Part shown: positions 18,846 through 29,075 of the stretch, in pieces
Numbering within the stretch: the first letter of the stretch is position 1
Layout of the letters: each line of letters opens with the position of its first letter
Assembly (NCBI GenBank): GCA_963666565.1
Contig: OY762911.1
Span: forward strand, 1,248,001 to 1,312,000
DNA length: 64,000 nucleotides
Direction: 5' to 3'
From: Thermoanaerobaculia bacterium
GTDB taxonomy: Bacteria; Acidobacteriota; Thermoanaerobaculia; Multivoradales; Multivoraceae
Position numbers and translations under genes: made by a program
The notes under the pieces: generated by a model
What the model was told of the DNA's origin: nothing
What the model saw: the letters and a program-made list of their open reading frames with translations, nothing else
The model's database searches: none

Positions 18846-19948
18846 GCGCCGGCAGTCACCGCGGCACGGTCGTCTTTTCGGGCGGCGGCACGGGCGGCCA
18901 CGTGTTTCCCGGCCTGGCGGTCGCGGAGGAGCTCCGGGCGCGCGGCTGGAACGCGGCGTGGATCGGGCGGCGCGGCAGCCTCGAGGAGCGGCTGGTCGCG
19001 GCGGCCGGCGTCGACTTCAGGGCCCTGCCGGCGCGGCCGTTCGTCGACCGCGGCGGTGCCCAGCGGACGGCCGCCCTGGCGGTGCTGCTGCTGTCCACCC
19101 TGCGCGCCGCGGCGGTCCTGCGCCGGTTCCGGGCGGCGCTGGTGTTCGCGACCGGCGGCTACGTCTGCGCGCCGGCGGCGCTGGCGTCCCGGCTCCACGG
19201 CTGCGGGCTCTACCTGCTCGAACCGAACGCGGAGAGCGGCGCCGCGAACCGGCGGCTGTCCCGCATGGCGACGGAGGCGGGCGTGGCCTTCGAGTCGGCG
19301 GCCGGAGGGATGGCGTGCGAGACGCGCCTCGTCGGCGTTCCGGTGCGCCGGGCCTTCCTGGAGGTCGGGGAACCGCGCCCGGCCGGGGACCGGGTGCGGG
19401 TCCTCGTCCTGGGCGGCAGCCAGGGCGCCGAGGCGCTGAACCGGCACTTGCCGGAGCTGTTCGCCCGCGCGGCCCGGCGTCGCCGGGTCGAGGTCACGCA
19501 CCAGTCCGGTCCGGCCTGGGAGGAACGGACGCGCGACCGCTACGAGAGGCTGGCGGCGCCGGGGCTCGCGGCCACGGTGACCGGCTTCGTCGGGGACGCC
19601 GCGGGAGCGATGGCGGCGCACGACCTGATCGTGTCGCGGGCCGGAGCGGTGACGGTGGCGGAGATCGCCGCCGCCGGCCGGCCGGCGGTCTACGTGCCGC
19701 TGCCGATAGCCGCCGGGCACCAGCGGGCGAACGCCCGCGCGATGGTCGAGGCGGGCGGCGCGATCCTGGTCGAGCAGGAGGACCTGCCGGGCGAGGCCGC
19801 CGCGGAACGCTGCGCGCGGCTGTTCCGGGACGGCGGACGCCTTCTGGCCATGGCGCGGGCGGCGCGGGGCGCGAGCCGGAGCGACGCGGCGAGCGAGATC
19901 GCGGCGCGGGTCTGCGACATCGCCGGGCCTCGGGGGAGGACCCGCTGA
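18842..19948 (+). CDS. murG: lipid II GlcNAc transferase
   Basis: GGGTGGHVFP, TGGY, LGGSQGA, SRAGAVTVAE, QRANA. Confidence 0.96.
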   Translation: MSAGSHRGTVVFSGGGTGGHVFPGLAVAEELRARGWNAAWIGRRGSLEERLVAAAGVDFRALPARPFVDRGGAQRTAALAVLLLSTLRAAAVLRRFRAALVFATGGYVCAPAALASRLHGCGLYLLEPNAESGAANRRLSRMATEAGVAFESAAGGMACETRLVGVPVRRAFLEVGEPRPAGDRVRVLVLGGSQGAEALNRHLPELFARAARRRRVEVTHQSGPAWEERTRDRYERLAAPGLAATVTGFVGDAAGAMAAHDLIVSRAGAVTVAEIAAAGRPAVYVPLPIAAGHQRANARAMVEAGGAILVEQEDLPGEAAAERCARLFRDGGRLLAMARAARGASRSDAASEIAARVCDIAGPRGRTR

Positions 19949-21372
19949 TGCTCCTCTTCCTGCGAACCGCGGGGCTCGAGCGGGTCCACTTCGTCGGCAT
20001 CGGCGGCGCCGGCATGAGCGGCATCGCCGAGATCCTGCTGAACTACGAACTGGACGTCAGCGGCTCCGACCTGCAGGCGAGCGAGACGACGGAGCGGCTC
20101 GCGGCCCTCGGCGCCCGGATTGCCGTCGGCCACGGCGCGGAGAACGTCGACCGGGCCGACCTGGTCGTCGTGTCGTCGGCGGTGCCGGCCGGCAACGAGG
20201 AGGTCGCGGCGGCCCGGCGGCGCGGCGTGCCGGTCGTGCGCCGCGCCCAGATGCTGGCCGAACTGATGCGGCTCAAGTACGGCATCGCCGTCGCCGGCAC
20301 GCACGGCAAGACGACGACGACGTCGCTCATCGGCAGCGTGCTGACGGACGCCGGCCTCGATCCGACGGTGATCGTCGGCGGCCGCCTTCGCGTCTCCGGC
20401 ACGGGCGCCCGCTTCGGGAGCAGCGACTACCTGGTCGCCGAGGCGGACGAGTTCGACCGCAGCTTCCTCGATCTGGCGCCGGTGGTCGCGGTGATCACGA
20501 ACGTCGACGTCGATCACCTCGACACCTACCGCGACCTGGCCGACATCCAGGACGCCTTCGTGCAGTTCGCCGGTCGCGTGCCGTTCTTCGGCCAGGTGAT
20601 CGCCTGTGCCGACGACGCGAACGTGCGGGAACTGCTGCCGCGGCTCGCCGACCGGCGGATCGTCACCTACGGCTTCGATCCGGGGGCCGACCTGCGGGCG
20701 ATGGACGTGGCGGCGGCGGGCGCGGGCGTCCGGTTCCGGGTCGCCGATACCCAGGCCGGCCCGCTCGGCGCCCTGGAACTGCCGATGCCAGGACGGCACA
20801 ACGTCCTGAATGCCCTGGCGGCCGTGGCCGCGGCGCGCGCGGTCGGCCTCGACTTCGAGGCGGCGGCCGCCGCGCTGTCCCGGTTCCGCGGCGTCCACCG
20901 GCGCTTCGAGCGAGTCGGCGAGTGGCGCGGCGCGACGGTGATCGACGACTACGCGCACCATCCGGCGGAAGTGGAGGCGACGCTGAAGGCGGCCCGCGAG
21001 GCGATCGGCCTCGGCCGCGGCAACGGCGCCGGCGGCGGCCGGATTCACGCCGTCTTCCAGCCCCACCTGTTCAGCCGCACGCGGGACATGGCGGACGACT
21101 TCGGCCGCGCCCTGCTGCTGGCCGACAACGTCCTCGTCGCCGACGTCTACCCGTCGCGCGAGCAGCCGATCCCGGGCGTGGACGCGGGGTTGGTGGTGAC
21201 CGCCGCCGAGCGCGCCGGCCATCCCAGCGTCAGCGGCTGCGGGCCGTGGCGGACGGCGCCCGACCGGCTCCGTTCCGGCGTCGGGGCGGGCGACATGGTC
21301 CTGACCCTGGGTGCGGGCGACATCTACCGGCTGGCTCGCCGGCTGGCGGCCGGCGGGGAGGACGCCGCGTGA
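19948..21372 (+). CDS. murC: UDP-MurNAc-L-Ala ligase
   Basis: HFVGIGGAGMSG, GTHGKTTT, EADE, DDYAHHP, FQPH. Confidence 0.97.
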   Translation: MLLFLRTAGLERVHFVGIGGAGMSGIAEILLNYELDVSGSDLQASETTERLAALGARIAVGHGAENVDRADLVVVSSAVPAGNEEVAAARRRGVPVVRRAQMLAELMRLKYGIAVAGTHGKTTTTSLIGSVLTDAGLDPTVIVGGRLRVSGTGARFGSSDYLVAEADEFDRSFLDLAPVVAVITNVDVDHLDTYRDLADIQDAFVQFAGRVPFFGQVIACADDANVRELLPRLADRRIVTYGFDPGADLRAMDVAAAGAGVRFRVADTQAGPLGALELPMPGRHNVLNALAAVAAARAVGLDFEAAAAALSRFRGVHRRFERVGEWRGATVIDDYAHHPAEVEATLKAAREAIGLGRGNGAGGGRIHAVFQPHLFSRTRDMADDFGRALLLADNVLVADVYPSREQPIPGVDAGLVVTAAERAGHPSVSGCGPWRTAPDRLRSGVGAGDMVLTLGAGDIYRLARRLAAGGEDAA

Positions 21373-22274
21373 GCCGGCGAACGAAGCGGCGGCGCGGAGG
21401 CGCCCGCCGGCCCGTGCGCCGGCGCCGGCCGCGCCCGGTCCTCTGGCTGGCGCTGGGCGCCGGCAAGGTCCTGCTCGGCATCGCGCCGGTGGTGGGAGTC
21501 GGCGTGTGGCTGGCGACGGCCCCGGTGTTCGATCTCGAGCTCGACGTCCGGATCGAAGACGCGGAACGGGTGTCCGAAGAGTGGGTCAGAAGCCGGCTCG
21601 CTCCTCTGGAGGGGCGAAACCTGCCGCTTCTCTCCCTGGCGCCCGCCGCCAGACGCCTCGATCACGAGTGGATTCGCGAGGCGAAGCTGGTGAAGCGCCT
21701 GCCGAACGAGCTCGCCGTGCGGGTCGTGGAGCACGAACCGGCCGCGACGTTCGCGGCCGGGGAGCGGGCCTGGGTGATCGACCGCGACGGCCGGGCGATC
21801 GTGACCTGCGAGCGCGCGCCCGACCTCTGCAATGGGGATCTGGTCCGCGTGTCGGTCGAGGGCGCGGCGGCCGGCGAGCGCCTGGCGGACGGCCCGGCGC
21901 GGAACCCGGGCGCCGGCCAGACGCCGCCCAGGGACGTTCCCGGCGAGGTGCTGGCGCGAACGCTGAAGCGGGCGGTCGACGTGGCGACCGAGGTGAAGGC
22001 GTTCGAGTGGGGCCGGCAGGTCCGCGCGGTGGAGGTCATCAGCGACGACGACTACCTGCTCGCCTGCAGCGGCCGTCCGGCGACGGTGCTCGTGCGCGGT
22101 AACGACCTGGCCGCCAAGGCCTCGGTGTTCGAGTTGCTGCACAGCGCGATCCGGGAACACAACGACCCCGAAGTCGTGGACCTGCGGTTCAGGGACCGGA
22201 TCGTCCTGTCGATGGAGGCGCCGGGCGCGGACCGCGGCGCGGCCGTCGACGACGGAGTTCAGGCCCCTTCCTAG
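21369..22274 (+). CDS. ftsQ: cell division protein FtsQ
   Basis: TM, POTRA-like WIREAKLVKRLPNELAVRVVEHEP, C-terminal VDLRF; position in cluster. Confidence 0.85.
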   Translation: MSRRTKRRRGGARRPVRRRRPRPVLWLALGAGKVLLGIAPVVGVGVWLATAPVFDLELDVRIEDAERVSEEWVRSRLAPLEGRNLPLLSLAPAARRLDHEWIREAKLVKRLPNELAVRVVEHEPAATFAAGERAWVIDRDGRAIVTCERAPDLCNGDLVRVSVEGAAAGERLADGPARNPGAGQTPPRDVPGEVLARTLKRAVDVATEVKAFEWGRQVRAVEVISDDDYLLACSGRPATVLVRGNDLAAKASVFELLHSAIREHNDPEVVDLRFRDRIVLSMEAPGADRGAAVDDGVQAPS

Positions 22275-22293
22275 CGAGAGAGGACGAAGAAGG

Positions 22294-23544
22294 ATGCCGA
22301 AAACGGATACGCACGTGGTTGCCATCGACGTGGGCTCGGCCAAGGTTGGCGTGCTGATCGCCGATCGCGCGGAGGTCGAGGGGGAACGGTCCCTCGAGAT
22401 CGTCGGCGTCGGCCGGGCGCCCAACCGCGGCACGCTGCGGGGCCACATCGTCAACGTCGACGCGACGGTGAGCGCGCTCAAGCGCGCGACCGAGGAAGCC
22501 GAAACGATGGCCGGAGTCGAGATCTCCCGCGCCTTCGTCGGCCTCGGCGGCTCCGACGTGCGGTCGGCGAACAGCCACGGGACGGCCTACGTCGACTGCG
22601 GCGACCGCGGCATCTCGCGCGCCGACATCGACCTCGTGCTGAACGCCGCCCGGGGCGTGCCGCTGCCCCCGGATCGGGAGATCCTGCACGCGATTCCGCA
22701 GGAGTTCGCGGTCGACGATCACGGCGGCATCGCGGATCCGCACGGGATGCTGGGCAGCCGGCTGGAGGCCAGGGTCCACCTGGTGATGGGCCACGCGCCG
22801 CGGACCAGGACGCTCATCCGCTGCCTGAACCGGGCCGGCGTGGAGGCCGAGGAGGTCGTGTTCGAACCGCTCGCGACGGCCGAGGCGGTTCTGCTTCCCG
22901 ACGAGCGCGAACTGGGCGTCCTGCTGCTGGACATCGGGTCCGGCACCTGCGGCTTCGCCTTCTTCCACCAGGCGGAAGTGCAGTACAGCGGCGTCCTGCC
23001 GTTCGGCGCCAGCCACTTCACGGCCGACCTGGCCTCCGTGCTCCGCACCTCGTTCGCTGGCGCCGAGACGCTGAAGCTGCGGGACGGCTGCTGCCTGGTC
23101 GGCCTGATCGACGGCGACGACGGGGTGGCGGTGCCGAGCGTGTCGGGCGGCAGCAGCAGGACGATCGCGCGGGGGAGTCTCGCCGAGATCCTCCAGGCGC
23201 GGGCCGAGGAGATGTTCCAGCTCGTCCAGGCGGAGATCGAGAAGGCCGGCTGTGCCGACCGGCTCCGGGGCGGGGTCGTCCTCACGGGAGGCGGTTCCAA
23301 GCTGGTCGGCCTTGCCGAACTGGCCCAGCAGGTCTTCGCGTGCGACGTCCGTTACGGCGTGCCGCTCGGTCTCGTGAGCGAGATCGAGGGCCTCACCGAT
23401 CCGACCTGGGCCGCGGCCGCGGGTCTCGTCCGCTATGCCGTCGCCTCCGAGGAGGCTCGTCAGCCCATCGCTCGCCGCCGCTCTCTGGGCGGGGTGCGCT
23501 CGGTGATGGGCAATCTGCGCCAGATGTTCAGCGATCTTGTCTGA
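22294..23544 (+). CDS. ftsA: cell division protein FtsA
   Basis: AIDVGSAKV, LLDIGSGT, VVLTGGGS, C-terminal amphipathic helix. Confidence 0.96.
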   Translation: MPKTDTHVVAIDVGSAKVGVLIADRAEVEGERSLEIVGVGRAPNRGTLRGHIVNVDATVSALKRATEEAETMAGVEISRAFVGLGGSDVRSANSHGTAYVDCGDRGISRADIDLVLNAARGVPLPPDREILHAIPQEFAVDDHGGIADPHGMLGSRLEARVHLVMGHAPRTRTLIRCLNRAGVEAEEVVFEPLATAEAVLLPDERELGVLLLDIGSGTCGFAFFHQAEVQYSGVLPFGASHFTADLASVLRTSFAGAETLKLRDGCCLVGLIDGDDGVAVPSVSGGSSRTIARGSLAEILQARAEEMFQLVQAEIEKAGCADRLRGGVVLTGGGSKLVGLAELAQQVFACDVRYGVPLGLVSEIEGLTDPTWAAAAGLVRYAVASEEARQPIARRRSLGGVRSVMGNLRQMFSDLV

Positions 23545-23586
23545 TTCCGGGTATCGAACGACCAAAGGGTCCGAAAGGGAGAAACC

Positions 23587-24870
23587 ATGATTCTGATGGA
23601 AGGACAGCAGCCGACCGAGATGAAGCCGACCGGGATCGAACCGGCGATCGACGAACCGACGATCGACGAGGGGGTCTCTTCCGAGGAGAACTTCGGACCG
23701 GCGAAGATCGTCGTGGTGGGGGTCGGCGGGGGCGGCGGCAACGCCGTCAACCGGATGATCGCCGCCAATCTGAGCGGCATCGAGTTCATTGCCGCCAACA
23801 CCGACCTGCAGGCCCTGCGGCGTTGCGAGGCGCCGACGAAGCTGCAGCTCGGACGCAAGATCACCCGCGGCCTGGGCGCCGGCGCCGACCCGGAGGTCGG
23901 CCGCAACTCGGCGCTCGAGGACACGGACAAGATCCTGGACCTGCTGAGCGGAGCGGACATGGTGTTCCTGGCGGCCGGCCTGGGCGGCGGCACGGGCACC
24001 GGCGCGGCGCCGATCATCGGTTCCCTGTCGGCCGAGGTCGGCGCCCTGACCGTCGCCGTCGTCACGAAGCCCTTCGCGTTCGAGGGCCGGCGCCGGATGC
24101 GGCTCGCGGAACGCGGACTCGAGGAACTGCACAAGGCCGTCGACACGGTCATCGCCATCCCGAACGAGCGGCTCCTCAGCTTCGTCGACCGGGGCACCTC
24201 GCTCTCCGAGGCGTTCACGACGGCCGACGACGTGCTGCGGCAGTCGGTCCAGGGCATCAGCGACCTGATCACGATGCCGGGCGAGGTGAACGCCGACTTC
24301 GCCGACGTGCGGGCGATCATGTGCGGCCAGGGCATCGCGGTGATGGGCACGGGCGTGGCGTCGGGCGACAGCCGGGCGCTCGAGGCGGCGCAGCGGGCGG
24401 TGTCCTCGCCGCTGCTCGAGGACGCCTCGATCGAGGGCGCCAAGGGGTGTCTCATCAACATCACCGGCGGCAGTTCGCTGACCCTCCACGAGGTGGCGGA
24501 AGCCGCCGGCACGATCTCCGACGCGGTCGACCCGGACGGGACGATCATCTCCGGCCTGGTGGTCGACGAGTCGATGGGAGACGAGGTGAAGGTGACGGTG
24601 ATTGCTACCGGCTTCTCCGAGGACCGGCAGCCGCGCGAAGGCGCCGCGGCCAGCTCCGCCGAGGCCGGAGCGGCGGTCCCCGGCGATCCGGCCATGGCCG
24701 ATGCGGACGCCGCGGAGCAGGAGGCCGGCACGGAAGAGGCCGGCCAGCCCGGCTTCCGCGACCGCATGCTGGCCGAGCACCACAAGATCGACCCGGGCGG
24801 CTACGGACCCAACTGGAGGAACGTCGACGACTACGACATCCCGACCGTCCTCCGCAAGCAGATGGACTGA
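23587..24870 (+). CDS. ftsZ: cell division GTPase FtsZ
   Basis: [24 protein letters not shown]-terminal DIPTVLRK. Confidence 0.98.
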   Translation: MILMEGQQPTEMKPTGIEPAIDEPTIDEGVSSEENFGPAKIVVVGVGGGGGNAVNRMIAANLSGIEFIAANTDLQALRRCEAPTKLQLGRKITRGLGAGADPEVGRNSALEDTDKILDLLSGADMVFLAAGLGGGTGTGAAPIIGSLSAEVGALTVAVVTKPFAFEGRRRMRLAERGLEELHKAVDTVIAIPNERLLSFVDRGTSLSEAFTTADDVLRQSVQGISDLITMPGEVNADFADVRAIMCGQGIAVMGTGVASGDSRALEAAQRAVSSPLLEDASIEGAKGCLINITGGSSLTLHEVAEAAGTISDAVDPDGTIISGLVVDESMGDEVKVTVIATGFSEDRQPREGAAASSAEAGAAVPGDPAMADADAAEQEAGTEEAGQPGFRDRMLAEHHKIDPGGYGPNWRNVDDYDIPTVLRKQMD

Positions 24871-24888
24871 GCCGTCCAAGGTCGTCCA

Positions 24889-25029
24889 CCGGGTGCGCGG
24901 GTCCTCTGACCCGCTGCCGGCGTAGCCGGCCGGAAAGACGCGCCGGCCTCGGGCCGGCGTCCGTTCTCCCCGGTCTCCGCCGCTTCGCGGCTGCGGCCGG
25001 AACGCGGGTCAGAAGACCCGCGCACCCGG
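24889..25029. repeat. REPIN-like inverted doublet (family 1) between convergent ftsZ and argS
   Basis: Cores at 24889-24914 and 25004-25029 in inverted orientation with internal hairpins. Confidence 0.85.
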
Positions 25030-25032
25030 CCG

Positions 25033-27066
25033 CTACATCCGCTCGGGCAGCGGCACGCCGAGCAGTTCCGCCAGCGCCTCGAGCGACCGCTCGAAGATCC
25101 GCGTAACCGCAAGCCGCGCGTCCCGGAGATCCTCGTCCGCCTCGTGCAGGATGGGGTGCCGGTGGTAGATCGCGTGGAACTTCTGCGCCAGGTCCGCCGC
25201 GTGCCGGGCGATGAGCGACAGTTCGAGCGTCGCCGCCGCCCGCTCGACGACTTCCTGGCACTGCGAAGCGAGCAGCACCAGGTCCCATAGATCGTCCGGC
25301 CAGACCTCCGGCGGCAGGCCGGCGATCCGGCTCGCCGGCACCTCCCGGGGCAGACCCTCCTCCCGCAGGCGGCGGCGGATGTTCCGGGCGCGCACGGCGG
25401 AGTACTGGAGATACGGACCCGACTCGCCCTCAAACGAGGTCGCGTCGTCGATGTCGAAGGCGATCACCCGCGTCGTCGTGGCCCGCGCCATGAAGAAACG
25501 CAGCGCGGCGACGGCGATCTGGCGCGCGAGGAGGTCGACGTCCCCCGCGTCGGCGTCCGCGTCGTCGCCGGCGCGGCCGCCCGCCGCGCGCCGCTCCAGG
25601 ATCTCGGCCCGGCTCTTCGCCTCGAGCTGATCGAGCAGGTCGTCCGCCTTCACGCCGATGCCCTTGCGGCCGGACATCTCCAGCCTCGCGTCGCCGGAGA
25701 AGCCCAGGCGTTCGGCGGTCTTCGCCGACAGGGCGACCATCTCGTACGCGAAGTGGATGCTCTCCCTCGCTTCGTCGTGGTGGCCGAGCGCCTCCAGGCC
25801 GGCGCGGACGATCCGCTGCAGGTAGGCCTGCCGCGCGTCGATCACGTTGATTACGCGGCCGCCGGCGCCGAAGTCGGGAACGCGGCCGCCGTCGCCGTCG
25901 TCTTCGCGTGGACTCGCGCCCTCGCGGCCGCTCTCGCCGTCGCGTTCGTCCTCGCCGCCGCCGGCGGTCGCCGCCGCCTGGGCGGTTTCCCATGGCTGGC
26001 CGCCATCGAAGCGGGCGTACTCGAAATCGCGACCCAGCAGGCCGAACTTCCAGAGCTGGTAGGCGATGTCCTTGCCCACATAGGTCACCGTGCCGTCGGA
26101 GCGGACGATCACCTTGTCCGGGTCCTCCAGGCCCTGGAACTCCTCGCTGTCGGCGAGCGGCATGACCCAGCAGCCGGCGTTCTTGCCCGTCTCCTCGAAC
26201 CGCACGGCGCCGGTCGCCTTCAACTGCTCGAAGGCGGCGACGAAGAAGTCGAGGCGGAGGATCTCGCTCTCGCGGGTCAGCAGGTCGTAGTCGATGTCGA
26301 TGCGGGCCATCGTGGCGAGATGCCGCGCGACGATCCGCCGGGCGACCAGCCGGCCGGCCTCGGCGCGGCGGCCCTCGCCCGCTTCCAGGGCGTGGAGCGT
26401 TCGGCGGCGGAGTTCGAGCCGCGCCGCGTCGCCCTCGTACCAGCGGCCGACCTCGGCGTAGACGTCCCAGCAGACGTAGTCGAAGGGCTCGGGCAGCGCC
26501 TCGATGTCGGCGACCGAGCAGCCGCGCAGGTCGACGAAGCCGACGACCACGTCGGCGACCTGGACGCCGGTGTCGTCGATGTAGTTCTGGACCTCCGTCG
26601 CCTGCCCGAGCTGGCGGAGCGAGCGCGCCAGGACGTCGCCAAGCACCGCGTTGCGCAGGTGGCCGATGTGCGCGGCCTTGTTCGGGTTGATGTTCGTGTG
26701 CTCGACGATCACCTTGGCCGGCGAGCCGGCGCCCGCGCCGGCCGCCGCGGACGGCGCCACCGGAACGGCGTCGATCATGGCCGCCGCGAAACGGCTGCGA
26801 GCGAGCCGGAAGTTCACGTAGCCCGGGCCTTCCACCGTCACCCGCTCGAAGCCCTCCGGCAGCTCCAGGCACTCGACGACCCGCTCGGCGATCGCCCGCG
26901 GCGCCTGGCGCAGTTCGCGCGCGAGGTGCAGGGCGCAGGGACTCGCGAGGTCGCCCAGACTTCGCTGTGGCGGCACTTCGACCACCGGATCGTGGTCGAT
27001 GCCGAAGGCTCGCGAGAGGGCGCTTCGCAGCGCGCCTGCAACGGTGGTTCGTTCGCGCTGCAGCAT
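25033..27066 (-). CDS. argS: arginine--tRNA ligase
   Basis: EHTNINPNKAAHIGHLRN, MSGRKG, FEGESGPYLQY, C-terminal GVPLPERM. Confidence 0.96.
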   Translation of the reverse strand: MLQRERTTVAGALRSALSRAFGIDHDPVVEVPPQRSLGDLASPCALHLARELRQAPRAIAERVVECLELPEGFERVTVEGPGYVNFRLARSRFAAAMIDAVPVAPSAAAGAGAGSPAKVIVEHTNINPNKAAHIGHLRNAVLGDVLARSLRQLGQATEVQNYIDDTGVQVADVVVGFVDLRGCSVADIEALPEPFDYVCWDVYAEVGRWYEGDAARLELRRRTLHALEAGEGRRAEAGRLVARRIVARHLATMARIDIDYDLLTRESEILRLDFFVAAFEQLKATGAVRFEETGKNAGCWVMPLADSEEFQGLEDPDKVIVRSDGTVTYVGKDIAYQLWKFGLLGRDFEYARFDGGQPWETAQAAATAGGGEDERDGESGREGASPREDDGDGGRVPDFGAGGRVINVIDARQAYLQRIVRAGLEALGHHDEARESIHFAYEMVALSAKTAERLGFSGDARLEMSGRKGIGVKADDLLDQLEAKSRAEILERRAAGGRAGDDADADAGDVDLLARQIAVAALRFFMARATTTRVIAFDIDDATSFEGESGPYLQYSAVRARNIRRRLREEGLPREVPASRIAGLPPEVWPDDLWDLVLLASQCQEVVERAAATLELSLIARHAADLAQKFHAIYHRHPILHEADEDLRDARLAVTRIFERSLEALAELLGVPLPERM

Positions 27067-27111
27067 CGGGGGCGCAGCCTATCCGGTACGGCAGCAAGGC
27101 CGCCCATGCGC

Positions 27112-27166
27112 GGCGCGTCTTCCGGTCGCCTTCGGCGGCAGCCGGCGGGGACGCCGGCGCATCCGG
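27112..27166 (-). repeat. REP-like family 1 variant with exchanged stem
   Basis: Reverse strand reads CCGGATGC-GCCGGCG-TCCC-CGCCGGC-TGCCGCCGAAGGCGACCGGAAGACGCGCC. Confidence 0.7.
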
Positions 27167-27241
27167 TACGCCGCCCTGCCGCAAAGCTGGCGCCGCTCTG
27201 GCGCGGTTGGGTCAGAATACGGACGTGCAAGGAACGGCGCC

Positions 27242-29053
27242 ATGACCGGACGCGAACGGCCGCTGCCGCCGACCGTGCCGGGTTCGGTCGTCGCCCGGCG
27301 GGTTCTCGTCCTGGCGCCCCACTACGACGACGAGGTGCTCGGCTGCGGCGGCCTGCTCCTGCAACTCGCCGCGGGCGGCGCGGAGATCGCGTGCGCCTTC
27401 CTGAGCGACGGATCGGGAGGCGGCGAGGGACCGCCGGAGGGGATGAGCGGCCGCGACTACTCGGCGCTGCGGCGCGCCGAATCGGAGGCGGCGACGGCCG
27501 CGCTCGGCATCGCCCGGGTGGAGCACGTCGGCCACCGCCACGGCTTCCCGGACGGCGGCCTGGCGCTCGCGCTCGGCGAACTGACCGGCCGGATCGAGGC
27601 GTTGCTCGAGGCCTGCGACCCCGACCTCGTCCTCGTTCCCTCGCCGCTCGAGGTGACGAAGGACCACCGGGCCACGTTCCGCGCCCTGCACGAAGCCCTG
27701 ATCGCCCGCCGCCGGGGCGGAGCGGACGGCAGCGAGCCGCCGGGCGCCCAGGACGACTCCTCGCCCGGCGACCTGCTGCTCCGGGTCCTCTGCTACGAAG
27801 TGAACCACCCCTTCTACCCGGATCTGCTCGTGGACGTGACGGCGGAGATCGACGGGATCGCCGCCGCGATGGCCCACTACCGGAGCCAGCAGGAACGGCA
27901 CGACTACCTCGACTCCTGCCTGGGTCTCCGCCGCTTCCGCGCCCACAGCCTGCCGCGGGAGTGCGGGTCCGCCGAGGGCTACCGCCGGTTGAAGGCGAGC
28001 GACTTCACCACCCGGAGCCCGGCTCAGCTCGTCGCCCACCTGGGAGGCGTGCCGGCGCTGGTCGAGGTGGAGTCGCCGCGCCGGGTGTCGATCGTCGTGA
28101 GAACGTACAACCGGCCGCGGCGGCTGGCCGAGGCGCTCGACAGCCTGGCCCGGAGCACCTGTCGGAACGTCGAGGTCGTGCTGGTGAACGACGGCGGCCG
28201 CACGCCCGAAACGCCGGACGACTTTCCCTTCCCGTTGCGCCGCGTCGAGCACGAGACGAACCGGGGGCGCGCCGCGGCCGCCCAGGCCGGCGTCGACTCC
28301 GCGACCGGCGACTGCATCGGCTTCCTGGACGACGACGACCTGCTGGCGCCGGAGCATCTCGAGTGCCTGACCGCGATGCTCCGCGGCGACGTCGAGGTCG
28401 CCTACAGCGACGCGGCCGTGGTCGTCTACGAGCCGACCGCGAACGGCTACAGGGAGTCGAGCCGCGGCCTTCCCTACAGCCGCGACTTCGACCGCGGGAT
28501 CCTGCTGCTGGACAACTACATTCCGTTCCATACGGTGCTGATGGCCAGGGAGGCCCTGGAACGCGCCGGCCCGTTCGATCTCGACCTGCCGGCCTTCGAG
28601 GACTGGGACCTGCTGATCCGGCTGTCGCGCTCGACGCCTTTCGTCCACCTGGCGCGGACGACCTGCGAGTACCGCCACTTCCTGGGCGGCGCCGCCGGCG
28701 CGTCGGCCGGCGGGCACGCTCTCGGCGGAGCGGCGTCCGGGCGGCACGACTTCGAGGCGCTGAAGGCGCGGGTGATGGCCAGGTACGCGGACGAACTCGA
28801 CGCGGAATCGCTGGCGGGCGCGGTGACCCGGATGCGGCGGGACGCGGTGCTGGCCGCCGGAGCGGCGCGGGCGCTGCTGCGGAAGACGCGGGCGGAGCTC
28901 GAACTCGTCCAGGCGTCGAACCGGGCGCGCGGCGCGGAGGTCGAGCGGCTCCACGTCCGCGAAGGCGAACTGGCGGCCGAGATCGAGAAGATGAAGGCCA
29001 CCCGCGCCTGGCGGCTGCACGAAACCCTGCAATCCTGGCGCGGCTCGGGGTGA
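27242..29053 (+). CDS. PIG-L family deacetylase fused to GT2 glycosyltransferase with C-terminal coiled coil
   Basis: LAPHYDDEVLGCGG, DH; VSIVVRTYNR, VNDGG, FLDDDD, FEDWD; C-terminal KATRAWRL. Confidence 0.85.
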   Translation: MTGRERPLPPTVPGSVVARRVLVLAPHYDDEVLGCGGLLLQLAAGGAEIACAFLSDGSGGGEGPPEGMSGRDYSALRRAESEAATAALGIARVEHVGHRHGFPDGGLALALGELTGRIEALLEACDPDLVLVPSPLEVTKDHRATFRALHEALIARRRGGADGSEPPGAQDDSSPGDLLLRVLCYEVNHPFYPDLLVDVTAEIDGIAAAMAHYRSQQERHDYLDSCLGLRRFRAHSLPRECGSAEGYRRLKASDFTTRSPAQLVAHLGGVPALVEVESPRRVSIVVRTYNRPRRLAEALDSLARSTCRNVEVVLVNDGGRTPETPDDFPFPLRRVEHETNRGRAAAAQAGVDSATGDCIGFLDDDDLLAPEHLECLTAMLRGDVEVAYSDAAVVVYEPTANGYRESSRGLPYSRDFDRGILLLDNYIPFHTVLMAREALERAGPFDLDLPAFEDWDLLIRLSRSTPFVHLARTTCEYRHFLGGAAGASAGGHALGGAASGRHDFEALKARVMARYADELDAESLAGAVTRMRRDAVLAAGAARALLRKTRAELELVQASNRARGAEVERLHVREGELAAEIEKMKATRAWRLHETLQSWRGSG

Positions 29054-29075
29054 GGGCGGGGGCGGGAGGCCGCCG

